A stretch of 64,000 nt of DNA from Guillardia theta CCMP2712 (lineage: Eukaryota > Protista > Cryptophyta): the NCBI RefSeq assembly GCF_000315625.1, contig NW_005434540.1, forward strand, positions 1 to 64,000, given 5' to 3'. Position numbers and translations under genes: made by a program. Position 1 is the stretch's first letter. Each line of letters opens with the position of its first letter. Shown here one piece after another: positions 53,106 to 64,000 of this stretch. The notes beneath the pieces were generated by a model, which was given only the letters and a program-made list of their open reading frames with translations, searched no databases and was not told the DNA's origin.

Positions 53106-54411
53106 TCAGTGGAGGGTCATGGAGTTGCTGCCGTAGTTGCTGCCTATGAAGGAGGTACTGAGGCCGTTGGACGGGATCTTGGCGTGCAACTCGTTGCTGT
53201 ACATGAGGTACGAGTCCATGATCCAGAACTGCTGGCAAGGGTCAGGAAGAGTCGAGAGGGAGGGGCTGGTGAGAGGACCTGGAAGGCGTTGAGAATGAGG
53301 GGAAGGAAGACGACGACGATAAAGAGCTCGAGATGTGGGTTGAAGCAGAGAGGCGCCAGGATGATGGCGCCGAACTCAGCCTGGCAAGAGGATCAGAGGA
53401 GGAGAAGAGGAGATGAGGATGAGGGAAGAGAGAGGAGGGAGGAACGGAGCTGCGGACCAGTGGGTTCTTGAAGACGTACTCGACGGAGGTGATCCCTATC
53501 TTGCACACAACAACAACCGTCAGCCACACGCCGAGCTGATGGAACCATCGAGTGATCTGCAAGGAGGTCACAAGAAACAGGGTCAGAGCCGCCGGCTGCC
53601 TGGGGAGGGTCGCCGTAGTCGCCTTGAGCATCATCAGGCGAGACAACCAGGTACAGGCAACTCACCACTGCTGACATCCGTCGCAAAGTGAGAATGTACC
53701 ACCTTCTCCAGCCAGCGCAGGACAACAAAGTTGGCGTAAACGATGACGGTGGTGTCGAAAAGGATCTGGATGAAGTACCAGGGACAAGGGTCCTCCTTGC
53801 CTGCGAACTAGAGAGCAAGAGGCCTCAGGGCTCAGCTGCCTTCGAGCTGCATCACCTGCATCGCTATGAAGATGTTCATGAAGTGAACTGTGCAAGCGCC
53901 CAGGCCGTTCTTTGCCACGTCATACTGAAAGACCTTCATGGGCCTTCGCGGATTCTCTTGATTCCTTTTCACTGGCCGAGTTGTCAAGCGAGAACAAACA
54001 ACAACCACACTCTGATCATGATGATAGGCCAGCAGTAGAAGTAGCCATCATCACCACTAAAACCACCAGCAACTCGAACAGCATCAAGAACATCAGTAAC
54101 ATCGTCTTTGTCTTTGTCATCGTCATCGTCATCATCTCCATCTCCATCATCTCCATCATCGTCATCGTTATCCATCAGAATCATCAGTATCATGTATCAC
54201 CTATCAAAGCTGAGAATGAAAGCACAGCGAGAACAAACTGCACAAAGAAGCCAAAGCTTCCGAAGAAATCGCAGATCGCGTGACATTGCTGCACATCAAA
54301 GTCTTAGTGTGCCAGCTCAACGAGGACGAGGAACTTTCACATGCTTTCCCATCGATATTCTGAGTCCTTTAATGCTTCCAACCCACTCGATGATCCACCC
54401 TTCACTTCCAT
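53106..54411 (-). CDS. STIMATE: STIMATE/TMEM110 (vacuolar membrane protein, DUF3661) family, multi-exon
   Basis: Spliced exons give CDFFGSFGFFVQFVLAVLSFSALI / VKRNQENPRRPMKVFQYDVAKNGLGACTVHFMNIFIA / EDPCPWYFIQILFDTT / GDYGDPPQ / WFHQLGVWLTVVVVCKI / HLELFIVVVFLPLILNAFQ / FWIMDSYL, matching the family motif order. Stop TGA at 53108-53106. The start codon is uncertain. Confidence 0.8.
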
Positions 54412-54799
54412 GCGGCCTGGCAGGGAGATCACTCGTTTACACCAAGCAATGAATGGTTTTCCTCGTCTCCTTCCTTGCCTCTCTTGCTTGTTCCTCCTTT
54501 CCTCATCATCCCCGTCCCCCTCTCCGCTCTCTCCCCGGTCTCTCCTCTTCCATCCCTCCTCCCTCTCCTCTTCCCTTCTCGTCCCCATCCCCTCCATTGC
54601 ACCTGGTGCTCGCCCATCGTCGTCATCGCACTCCTATTTCACCCCTCCAAATTCCCATGCTACCACCGGGTGGTGGTCTCGGAGAGAACTACAGATTGGC
54701 GATCCCGAAGTGTTATTATGAGAGAAGGGAAGGGAAGGGGAAGTGGGGGGGGGGGATCAGATATGGTGTAGGAGACAGGTGAAGAAGACAAGGAGAACA

Positions 54800-54862
54800 A
54801 GAGAGCAGAGCAGAGCAGAGCACAACAGAGGAGAGGAGAGGAGAGGAGAGGAGAAGAGAAGA
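54800..54862. repeat. Pentanucleotide microsatellite (GAGCA)n then (GAGAG)n
   Basis: Directly visible in the intergenic region. Confidence 0.9.
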
Positions 54863-55126
54863 GATCAGAAAAAGAGCTTCGGTGTAGCTGGCAGCGAGCT
54901 AAATGCATGAACTGACACGAGATGGTTCACAGGAGCCTTGGATCAGAGGTGAGAGATTATGAGGTGTCAGGGGCTCGAGGGGAAACAGTTCATATCGGGT
55001 GATTCACAACAAAGCTACTGCTCTCACAACCAGTCTACACTTGTTTCGGCGACATTTATTCCTCAAACCATCTCTCAGCATTCCGACGCCGACAGGCAAA
55101 ACTGTCCAGCATGAAGTCATGTCAGC

Positions 55127-56611
55127 CTAACGCCATGGGCCTGTGTCAGCGCGTGACATGCTCTTCTCGCCGAATCTGCGAGCATAGTGAGTAAAGCGAG
55201 AAGAAAGAGCCAACCACAAATGCAGGCAGGCGCCTAGTCTTACCTGCCGGCATGCGAGTCGGCCATACTCCTGAAGCCAGACCTTCGGCCAGAACCATCG
55301 TCATCATCCCTCCTTCCACGTGGAGGCCCGTCCCTGTCCCTGTCCCTCCGGTCCTCTCTGCCTCCACCACCACCACCACCTCCTCCTCCTCCTCCTCCTC
55401 CTCCTCCTCCTCGCTCCCCGTCAGCAGAGGGACGAGCCCAGTCAACATTAAGAATGAGCGAATCGAAACCAGTTCCATTGAGGGCGTTGATCGCTCGCTG
55501 ATGGAGAGGTCAGCTCACAACCGAGAGCAGCTCACAAGCTCCTCCCTCACCTGAGCATCTTCTCGATTGTAGAAATCAATAAATGCAAATCCGCGGCCCT
55601 CGCCGGTCGCGCGATCGGTCGGGACAGAAACGCGAGCGATGGGGCCGAACTGCTTGAAGAGCTCGTGCATGTCTTCTCTGGTTGCATCTGTGCTCACGTT
55701 GGTGACCCTCAGCGTGGCCTTCTCTTCCTCCTGAGGCCCTCCGAAGCCGTCACGGTTGCGCATGTGGGGGGGCACGTAGCCCTGGGGCCCATCCTTCTTC
55801 TCTTCCGCTGGCTCCGTTTCCACAGCAGAGACCTTCTTGCCGAGCAGCTTGGCCTTCTCGGCATGATACTGCAGCAGGACGGTCAGCACACACCCTCAAT
55901 GGCGCAGTGGAAGCACCTGTTCATCGGTGAGTTCTCCACTGGCAACACGATTGCGGAGGTGGCGGAGGGCAGAGAAGGTGTCCATGTTCAAGAGCGCGCC
56001 CACACCCTTGGCAGGCTCCTGTGGCTTCTGGCCCTGAGAGAGTCGGTCAGCAACCTGCACTGTAGGAGGAGCAGCCAACGCTACCTCGTCCATGCCTGCC
56101 AGCTCGAACATGACCTGCTCGGATATGTTGACCACACCAGTCTCTTTGAAACCATGCTGTGCATAGCATCGAGGTCAGCGTCTGCTGTCCGTCAAGACCT
56201 AGAGTCACCGCTTGGCCTTCACATTCTCCGAACTTAGTCCACTCCCGGCGAGCGCGCACAGCCTTGTTCACTCTGATGAGCTTGTTGGTGACCTGCAGAG
56301 GCTGATGAGAAAACGGCACTGCCGAGGATCTCAGCATGGAGAGCGCCATCAAGATGCTGACTCTACGATCTCTCGATCATCCCACCGCCATGCGAACCTC
56401 AGGACCCAGACTCCACACACCCCAACCACCCTGCAGCATGAGCGCTCACCTTGACTTTGCGCTCGACCTTGACGCGCTCTCCATCATCGTTCTTACGGAT
56501 TTCTGTGATGATCTTGACCTTCTCTCTTCCGTCGGCTGTCTGGCTCACGATCCTCTCCGCCGAAAAGTGCCCCTCCATCCCGCCATCTCCTGCCTCGTCC
56601 GCCCACGACAT
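55127..56611 (-). CDS. eIF3g: Eukaryotic translation initiation factor 3 subunit G, 7 exons
   Basis: MSWADE N-terminus, AVRARREWTKFG, GYVPPHMR, and RRM TLRVTNVS...GRGFAFIDF...AINALNGTGFDSLILNVDWARP. Exons 56611-56450, 56292-56209, 56156-56085, 56033-55917, 55868-55551, 55497-55244 and 55175-55127 with GT-AG introns. Confidence 0.92.
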
Positions 56612-57439
56612 GATGACGCACTACCCACCCACACCCCCACCCCCTACATATATACCCTCACCCTCTGTTTCCCATCAACCATGCCCTCATTTCTAACCTA
56701 ACCCCTTGGGAAACAACCCCCACCTACAAAAGGTCCTTGATATTTGTACCAGGAAGGAGCATAGCACCCCACATTGTGATGACCCCACCCACCTAAATTC
56801 CTGGTCGAATCCCATTGCAACAGTGCACCCCACGAATTTCGCTCCTAATAGAGGAGGGGAGGGAAAAAAAAGAAACCACCCCCTCGTGCAGGGACATGAC
56901 CCCCTTCGTTCCTCTCCACGACACTACCCCCATAGTCATGTTTTCTCCAGTGAAAGAGTCAGAATGATGGGTGGGGTGGGGTGCATCACAAGGGTGGGGT
57001 GGGGTGGGGTGCCTCAACCTGAGGCGGGCTGCAGGTATCTGAAGACCCAGGGCCCGGGCCCGGGGAAAGGCACGCCCGGCCGCCGGGTGACGCCGCCCGG
57101 CCCGGCCGCGCCGGCCCGGCCCAGCCCGGTACCGGGGACCGGGGGCCTGGCTTTCATCGTTTGCGTGCTCGTCTGTTTCCGCTGGTTGGAGTAGCGGTTT
57201 TCCCTTCGTTTGGCCTAGCTAGTACTAAGTTTTATTGAACTCATTGACCCGCCAAGCCTACAAACCTGCCTGACTTCTGAGATAAGAGTATTTATAAAGT
57301 AGAGTAAGGGATAGGAAGATAACAGAGACTGAGGAGAGAAGAAAGAAAGAGAGAGAAGAGAGAGGAAGAGAGCCTCTGGTCATTCCATCGAATAGTCGGT
57401 ATGGAGTACCGTACTACGGTACCGTGCCCGTTGCGTCCA

Positions 57440-57930
57440 AGTGTTTTTGTCATGAGTACGTTAATTGTACTCTCTTTCACAAGTCGTCTTAGGAAAAACC
57501 TCTTGATGTCAATGTGTTTAGCCAAACTCTTTTTTCCTGGATTCTTTGGTGCACAATACTCAGATTCGGCTGAACTAAGAGTGTCAAGTTCCGGCTTGTT
57601 TGAAAATTATTCCCATGTTTTTTGTCTGATTTAGATAATAGAGAACTCTCATAGCTTCCTTCCACTGAATTTGTGACGGTGGGTGCTCTCAGATGTTGTG
57701 AGTGAGAGTCTTGAGATTGTGTAGGCCAAGTCTGGTCTTGTAAATACCGAGAGGTAATCAGTTTGTGAAAGTTGCCTATCAGTTGTTGGTCCCCTTTGTG
57801 AAGGTAATCATGCTTCATCATCACTAAGTTTTTGTTTGGTAGTAGTTCCAGGAGTCCAGGCTTTCATTTTCTCATCTATCTCGAAATCTGTCAATATTTC
57901 GTTGATGAATTTTTCTTGAGAGAGCCTCCG
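57440..57930 (-). mobile_element. Degenerate Ty1/copia retrotransposon relic (RT C-terminus + RNase H fragments)
   Basis: Motifs in canonical order on the minus strand: LSQEKFINEIL (~57924-57891), TRPDLAY (57741-57721), SSAESEY (57577-57557), KHIDIKRFFLRRLV (57519 downward) and LMTK. Interrupted by stops, frameshifts and deletions. Confidence 0.8.
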
Positions 57931-58711
57931 TGACCCCCAAGAAGTATTCCACTGACAGGTGTCACACCGTATTCTACAGCCGGCCAATGCAAACAGCAAC
58001 TTGCCAATAGTCAATACCCTTCACTTGACGATATCCCAACGCTACTACACGAGCCATCGGTTATGAGCCTCGAGGCTCATAACTATGATGGATTGTATCA
58101 ACAGTGGGCCAGAGATATGTTTACTTGGAGTGACTCAGAATAATGCTGCCGAGTCAGTCTAGAGAGCTCCTCTGAAGCCGCTGATCCGAATCCCGGCACA
58201 GTGGCCAGCGAGTCACAGTTGGCGTGCAGGGGTCTGGCAGAGCTGGCACTGGCCCAGTGGAGCTAGCTGGCCCGGCGCCGGGCGGCCACTGCGGCGCGGC
58301 CAGCCAGTGGCCTGTAGCTGGCACAGAGCTGGTGGTGACGGAGCACAAGTTTCAATGTGTTAGACTTGTACTGTGCCAAAGTGAGTCACGCAGAAATCAT
58401 ATCGACCTCAGTGGCAACAAACCCTAAGACAGTTTTTGCTCAACTTCCGACCGCCGAGTTTAATGCACACGAAACCAGAATTGCGGCTAGGAAGGTCTCC
58501 TCAGGAGTCGTCTTGGTTTACAGGAGAGTTTTTGTTAACTCGGCGCTATCTGACTGGCACGGCTGGCATACGATCCATCAGGTGGAGAGTCTGGGTGGAG
58601 CTGGCCCGGCCAGGGACTCGAGCTGGCCCGGCTGCGCCGGAGCTGGGCTGGCGCCGGAGCTGGCAGCCGTAAGTGGGTCGTAGCGGGGATGTGGTCATTG
58701 ATCCTTTCGCG

Positions 58712-58986
58712 ATGCTGGTTTGTGTAGTCGACGAGGGATGGCGGATGGCGCAAGAGGAGGGACAGGAGGAGGAGACTATAGGACACCTGAAGGAAAGACT
58801 GTGCAAGAGGCTGCCTGACGTGTTTGGAAGTTTGCGGGAGAAAGTGCTGGAGGACAGGTGGGGTAGAGTGGTGGAGGATGGTATGACCCTAGCGGAGGCA
58901 GCTGGTGGAGCCCGATACCCCCTGCTGAGACTGAGGAATAGGAAGGCAGAGGACGAGACAGAGGTTCGGGTGCTTAGAATGGGAGC

Positions 58987-59025
<39 letters not shown>

Positions 59026-61847
59026 AGACAGGGACGTCACTGGCTCCTTTGTCACGGGACCCCGGGAAGAACGAGTGAACGAGAAGAGAAGGAGCAGCAG
59101 AGATATCTTTGAGAGAAAGTTCGGTCGAGGAGGGATACACGTCCTGAGGAGGTCTGAGCCAACAAGTCCGACAATAGCAAAGGATGCAGCGATGTCGTCA
59201 GAAATTGTCGAACAGATGGTAGCTCTGCAGAGTCACGTGAACGGTATCAACTCTCAGCTGGATTTGATGCATCAGCATGTCAGTTCTTCAGCGTTGCTGA
59301 CAGAAAAAGTCAAGCTCCTCGAGCATCATATCAACAACTTCAGAATAGAATACCATACAGTACATGAAAAACTATCGCAAGATGAAAATGCAATTTTCGT
59401 ACTGCAAAACAACGCGAAACAATTAGGTATGAGGACTTCTGATGCTCCTGTTTCCGCTGATGTTGCCGCAGATCTTCGTTTATCAAGTGTTGAAGAGAAA
59501 ATCCTCGACGAGCGCAAGAACGACAAGTTCTCCGTGCTCGACCGCGTTCGGAAACTGGAGCAACTGATGAAAGAGAGGATGAAGAGTGAAGATGGTGTCT
59601 TCTTTGGATGAACTTCACAGATTTTGTTTCTGATCGTATGTCTAGATAAATCTTCGCAGAATCTCCTACGCGGTCAGTCGGACATTTCAGAGCGACTGAG
59701 TCATGTGGAGTCAGAGTTGGTAATCTGGAAGAATAGTAGAAGTACGATATGCACAACTGTATTCTTCTTGTGAAAGAATGTGTAGGCGACAAAGCTCAGA
59801 CCATGGTCATGGGAGAATCAGCAGCTGGTGAGCTCAATCTGATACGATCTCGCCTCCAAGAGATAGAAAGGGATATGAAAACTCTAGAAGAAAAAGTTCA
59901 AGTTCAAAACAAGCGAAGCGAGCAATTCGTCAAGGAGCAGCGACAAAGAGCGATCGCTCAAGGTTATCACCAATATGAAATTGTGTCCATTTGTTTGAAT
60001 TGCATACATAGGAGCTGCACCCCGAATTTCTGAATCGAAGGTGGCACCAAGATCCGAAGTGAACAAAGAGTTGATCTTGAAAAAGAAAGAAACAGCGATT
60101 CAACAAAGGACAGCTGAGTTGAACAAGGCTGTAGAAGAGAACACTTCCTCAAAGGTATTTCTTTTCCTGGAGCCATTTGTTGGATGATTCTCCTTCATTC
60201 AGTCCAACACGATGGGAATTAGTGAATCGCCAATTATCTCGTCGTTTTCTGAAAGCAATCAAGAAAGTGCAGCACGACCAGTTTCGACTGATAAAACAGC
60301 TCGCGTTCAGAACCTCTCACACATAAGTACAATCCTGCTGCACGTGCATCAGAAAAACGCAATGAAGATGCACCTAGCACGGCAGGGCAGAACATTCAAT
60401 ATGAGCAAGACGAATCCAGGCTACAACCGGGAGATGATTTGAACTCAAAGAAAGAAAGAGACAAAACCTCTAACCAACTGAATATTCAGAAACCAGCTCT
60501 GCCCCAAGGCTCGACAACCAGTGAAGGAGCGAATGAGCCTGCTGCACAAACCTTAAAGGATCGATCTCAAGATAAGTTGAAAGAAAATAGCAGACCATCG
60601 CAACACGATAACAATATTGTACAGCATTGGTCCGCAACAGAGGGAGAGGCGCTGGTGGAGACAGGGATCATCGGAGGGGACGGGAGGGGATGGGAGTGCG
60701 TAAGCTGGTGGATGGGGGGGCTGGTCGGAGCGAGCAAGAGCGGGAGGCTGCACGTGTGGAGGGAAGGGGCAGACGGGAGGATGGAGGTCATGGCAGAAGA
60801 GCAGGGACATGCAGGGGAAGTCAGCTGCATAGAGAGCTGGGGAGAGGAGCTGATCACGGGAGGGGTAGACGGGCGGGTGAAGGTGTGGAGGCTGGAGGGG
60901 GGAAGCTACGGTGCAAGGAGGACTGGGACGCGAAGGGAGAGCAGGGGCTTGAGGAGAAGCGGGAAGGAGGATCGGAGGCGAGCGACATCGGGGCAGTGAC
61001 GAGGGCGTGCGGGTACGGGAAGCGGGTGTACGGGGCAGTGGCAGGGACGGCAAGGAGAGGGAACATGATCGTGGTATACGAGGCAGGGAAGAAGGGGAGG
61101 GTGGGGCGGATCGGGGGCGGGGAAGGAGGACACAGGTCGTGGATATCAGGGATGGCGACGGTGATGGGGGGAGAGCTGCTGGTGAGCGTGTCGTACGACG
61201 GGTGTGTACGGGTGTGGAGCACGCAGACGGGAGGGGGGAGCTTCTTCTACGAGGCGACGAGGAGCACACGGGCAGGGGCAGGGCTACTGGACGTGGTAGC
61301 GCTACCAGGGGTGGAGGAAGGGTCGCAGAGGATCGCGACGGTAGGAGAGGACGGGAGGGTGAGCATCTGGGAGATCGACAAGACGGAAGGGGCGGTGGAG
61401 GTAACGCTGGAGGAAGCGGGGATGCACAACGAGGGAGGGCTGTCAAGCGGGCGGCTTTGCGTGGTACAGGGGGGAGAGGGGAGCGCGTCAGAGACGGTGC
61501 TGGTCAGCGTAGGAGACGACGGGTACGGGCAGGTGTGGGAGGTAGGAGGCGGGCTGAGGAGGAAGGGAGGGGCGGCGGTAGCGGGAGACGGGAAGGCGGT
61601 GAGCGGGTGCAGCGGAGGAAGGGGAGGGAGGATAGCGGTCGGGGTCGGGGGGGAGGAGGGAGGAGAGACAGGGGGAGAGATCAAGATCTACGAGGTCAGG
61701 GCGGGACGGGAGGAGGGAGGAGGACCAGAGGAGAGGCCGGAGGGCAGGAGGGAAGGGGAGAGCAGAGGCGACGACGAGAGAGGAGAGGTCGAGCCCATTC
61801 TGTATGTTGTTTTTCTCGTAAAGGCAGACTATGGATGCTTTTTCTAG
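58712..61847 (+). CDS. Putative multi-exon protein: ubiquitin-like N-terminus + coiled coil + WD40 repeats (1-nt frameshift at G-run 60897-60902)
   Basis: ETIGHLKERL...GRVVEDGMTLAE resembles a Ub fold, followed by heptad-rich segments. WD40 motifs GHAGEVSCI...LITGGVDGRVKVW, GHRSWISGM...LVSVSYDGCVRVW, IATVGEDGRVSIW and LVSVGDDGYGQVW. Candidate introns at 59595-59645 and 59720-59799. Exon linkage is not fully resolved. Confidence 0.55.
58984..59026 (+). repeat. (GGAGCA)n hexamer repeat encoding a Gly-Ala run
   Basis: Directly visible; encodes AAGAGAGAGAGAGG. Confidence 0.85.
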
Positions 61848-62091
61848 TCATTTTCCATCGTATATTCTTCGTATTCTCACGTTATCAAGATGTTTAGCAG
61901 CTTTTTCTGTCATGTTTCGTGCCTATGAGTGCCTGTGATTTGTTCAAAGTCATACTCGTCATGCTGAGTCGGGACGACGAGCCTGAGCCTGAGACTCCGA
62001 AAGGACCATATAAACACACTGGCACTTGGCCCTCTCTTCTCTCTCTCTCTCTGTATTGTTTCTTTTTTTTATTTGAAATGTCAAATCAAAG

Positions 62092-64000
62092 GACCAGCAT
62101 GAAATTGACTGCGAGGGGAGGAGTAGGAGAGGGCAAGAGGACAAGCTGAGCAGGAGGAGGAGGAGAGGGAGGATGAGTGAGAAATCAAGGCTGGTAGAGC
62201 TGAAACACGAGGAGGAGCTCCTCTTTCAGGACTTCTTCGCCTCTCAGACCCTCCAGGCCGTCGGACATAACAGGCGGCAGACTCATCTCAGTTTCAGTGA
62301 GCTCTACGTCGTGGATCCCTTCCCCTCATCGACCTCTCCCTCATCTTTGGCGTTGCACTTCGAGTTGCGTCCAAGACAGGAGGAGGAAAGGGAGTACGAG
62401 CACAAACTTTCTTTCAGCGAATCTATCCTTCACCTGAGCCTCCTCCCGACCTCCTCCGACCTCAACTCACCACCCGACGTTGAGAGCGACGAAAGACAAG
62501 TCGATGATGTCACCTTAGAGCTGTCGACGGAGAATCCGTCAAAATTTGATGAGGAGGATGATTCCCGGCCGTTCTCAGCCTCCTCCACCATCTCATCCAT
62601 CTCATCCGTGGAGTCAAAGGAGGATGTAGAGGAGGCGGTCGAGGGCGAGACGAGCAGAGTCACCATCAGACTTGTCTTCGCAAACAATTGCGAGTTTGTT
62701 GACAAGAGCATGTACCTTGACACTCTGGAAGGGTTGGACATAGCGGATGACATGAAACTACGAGATTTGGTACTTTTCCCAACATTGTCGTAATTGACAA
62801 GTGAAGTTACTTCTGCAGGCAACAATAGAGCGCAGTGACTTGATCCACCACGAGCTGACGGTTGAGCTGATGTCAAGAGATTCTGCAAAGCTTCTCAACG
62901 CCGCAAGGATTCTTTTGTTGCAAGCCAAACACCGCTTGTCGCTCCTCCGTCAGATGCCCAGCATGCTGCACCTGAAAGACGCGCAGCTGCTAGCTGTGCC
63001 AGGGCTCAGGCTCGAGGTTCAGGTCCAGGAGGCTGTCAAGGGTTTCATGTGGCTGGATGGGATGACGACAACCATTCACAACTCGAGCAAGGACGGCGAG
63101 GCTACGGGTGAGCCGGTCAAGTCCGGTAGATCGACTGCCTGAGACGCGTTTGAACGCAGGACGAATCTGCATCCTCGAAGCTGATACCAACCTGATGGTC
63201 TGCTGAGAAAGCTCTCGCCCCTTGCCTGACTTGGATGTTTGCGCAGGTCTGGCGAGACAACGAGATCCTCGAGGAGACCGTCGGGGCTGACGTCACCCAA
63301 GGCCCTCCCTGTCAAGTGCGAACTTACGTCTTCCGGCACAAGTCGTGGCAGCTGCTCGTCACGCGGGGAGCTCTCTTGTACCTCCACGGAGAGCCAGCTG
63401 CCGTGCAGGTCCGCAAGAAAGGTGTCAAAGTCAGACTGTCCCTCCAGGCCTTCTTGCGTCTAGCGCATGCCGACGACAGGAGCTGGTCAGCCGTCGCTCA
63501 GTCGGCAGGCAGCGAAGGCCTTGCGCGCATGTGCCCCTGCTTTGAGTGGGAGGGACTGTGCTGGCGATGCGCGTCCAAGGGATCTGAGAGCCCCTTGGTG
63601 CCTCACCGGCATCATCCCGAGAGGAAGATTCGGGTCCTTCAGTCTCGTCCGGACGGGAAGGAGGTCTGGATGCCGCTGCTGGAGTTCGCCAGGGACGCGA
63701 GGCTCTCACTGCTCAGGTTCTGCAGGTCAGCTGGGGTGAGGACCAGCGTCCCTCTGAGGGCCATGAGAGTGAAGAAGCCCGAGGAGCTGCTGGCGGGCTG
63801 GAGGAGATCGGAGGGAGGAGGCGCAGGGTACGAGAACGAGCTGCATGGCGTGTGGACGGCAAGAAGTCCCCAGGAGAGTTGGTCGACCCTGCACGAGGTA
63901 CTCGAGGAGACGGGCCAGCCCTCTCCTCCTCCTCATCTCAGCCTTGCCGAGGCTCATCCAGCTGCTCGGGCGCCTGGCCTTGTGGAATATTCCAAGGAGT
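62092..64000 (+). CDS. Unidentified multi-exon protein-coding region continuing past the window end
   Basis: ORFs 62173-62793 and 62801-63142 can be joined by a short GT...CTGCAG intron (~62771-62818), with further short GT-AG introns downstream. The frame is open upstream to an AG at 62090-62091, so this may be a later exon of the preceding gene. No recognisable domain. Confidence 0.5.

Noticed and set aside
54040-54200. ORFs with poly-D/S/I runs from (CATCGT/CATCTC)n
   Set aside because: Low-complexity repeat inside an intron of the STIMATE-family gene.
56690-56706. TAACCTAACCCC, telomere-like or telo-box-like
   Set aside because: Only about two imperfect units within C-rich sequence; not significant.
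57150-58150. Intact LTR retrotransposon, or a reverse transcriptase driving cassette diversification (DGR-like)
   Set aside because: Only fragmentary, stop-ridden RT/RNase H motifs, with no catalytic YVDD, integrase or paired LTRs recognisable. Cassette differences are not adenine-specific.
60553-61897. Long Pro/Ser-rich minus-strand ORFs and an Arg/Gly-rich alternative plus-frame ORF
   Set aside because: Consequence of extreme G-richness (few stop codons); only the WD40 frame has recognisable motifs.

Overview
Eukaryotic nuclear DNA with short (~50-150 bp) GT-AG introns. The style suggests a cryptophyte such as Guillardia theta, which is inference and not verified. There are three assembly gaps. 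The first ~53 kb is most likely ONE giant plus-strand gene, open from base 1, of at least ~17,500 aa. It has a ~47-kb apparently intron-free ectodomain of roughly 150-170 Cys-containing IPT/TIG (Ig-like) domains, a block of GCC2_GCC3/ephrin-receptor-like CxxGxxC repeats, a ~10-11-pass membrane domain and a cytoplasmic tail with five acidic-Ser + 'IARxWL' repeats. This is a CRMP-like receptor carrying an enormous TIG stalk. The ectodomain is a mosaic of near-identical DNA cassettes (0.1-2.3 kb, 2-10 copies each) reused in different orders. They are joined at conserved IPT motifs, almost always in frame, and interleaved with AT-rich unique spacers that run from T-rich to A-rich. The ORF breaks in the track come from N-gaps, two small indels and real introns at the 3' end. 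Downstream lie a STIMATE/TMEM110-family gene (-), eIF3g (-, apparently lacking the zinc knuckle), a degenerate Ty1/copia RT-RNase H relic, a putative ubiquitin-like/coiled-coil/WD40 gene with an extremely G-rich WD40 block, and an unidentified multi-exon gene running off the window. The main caveat is that the repeat order could be partly an assembly artefact.
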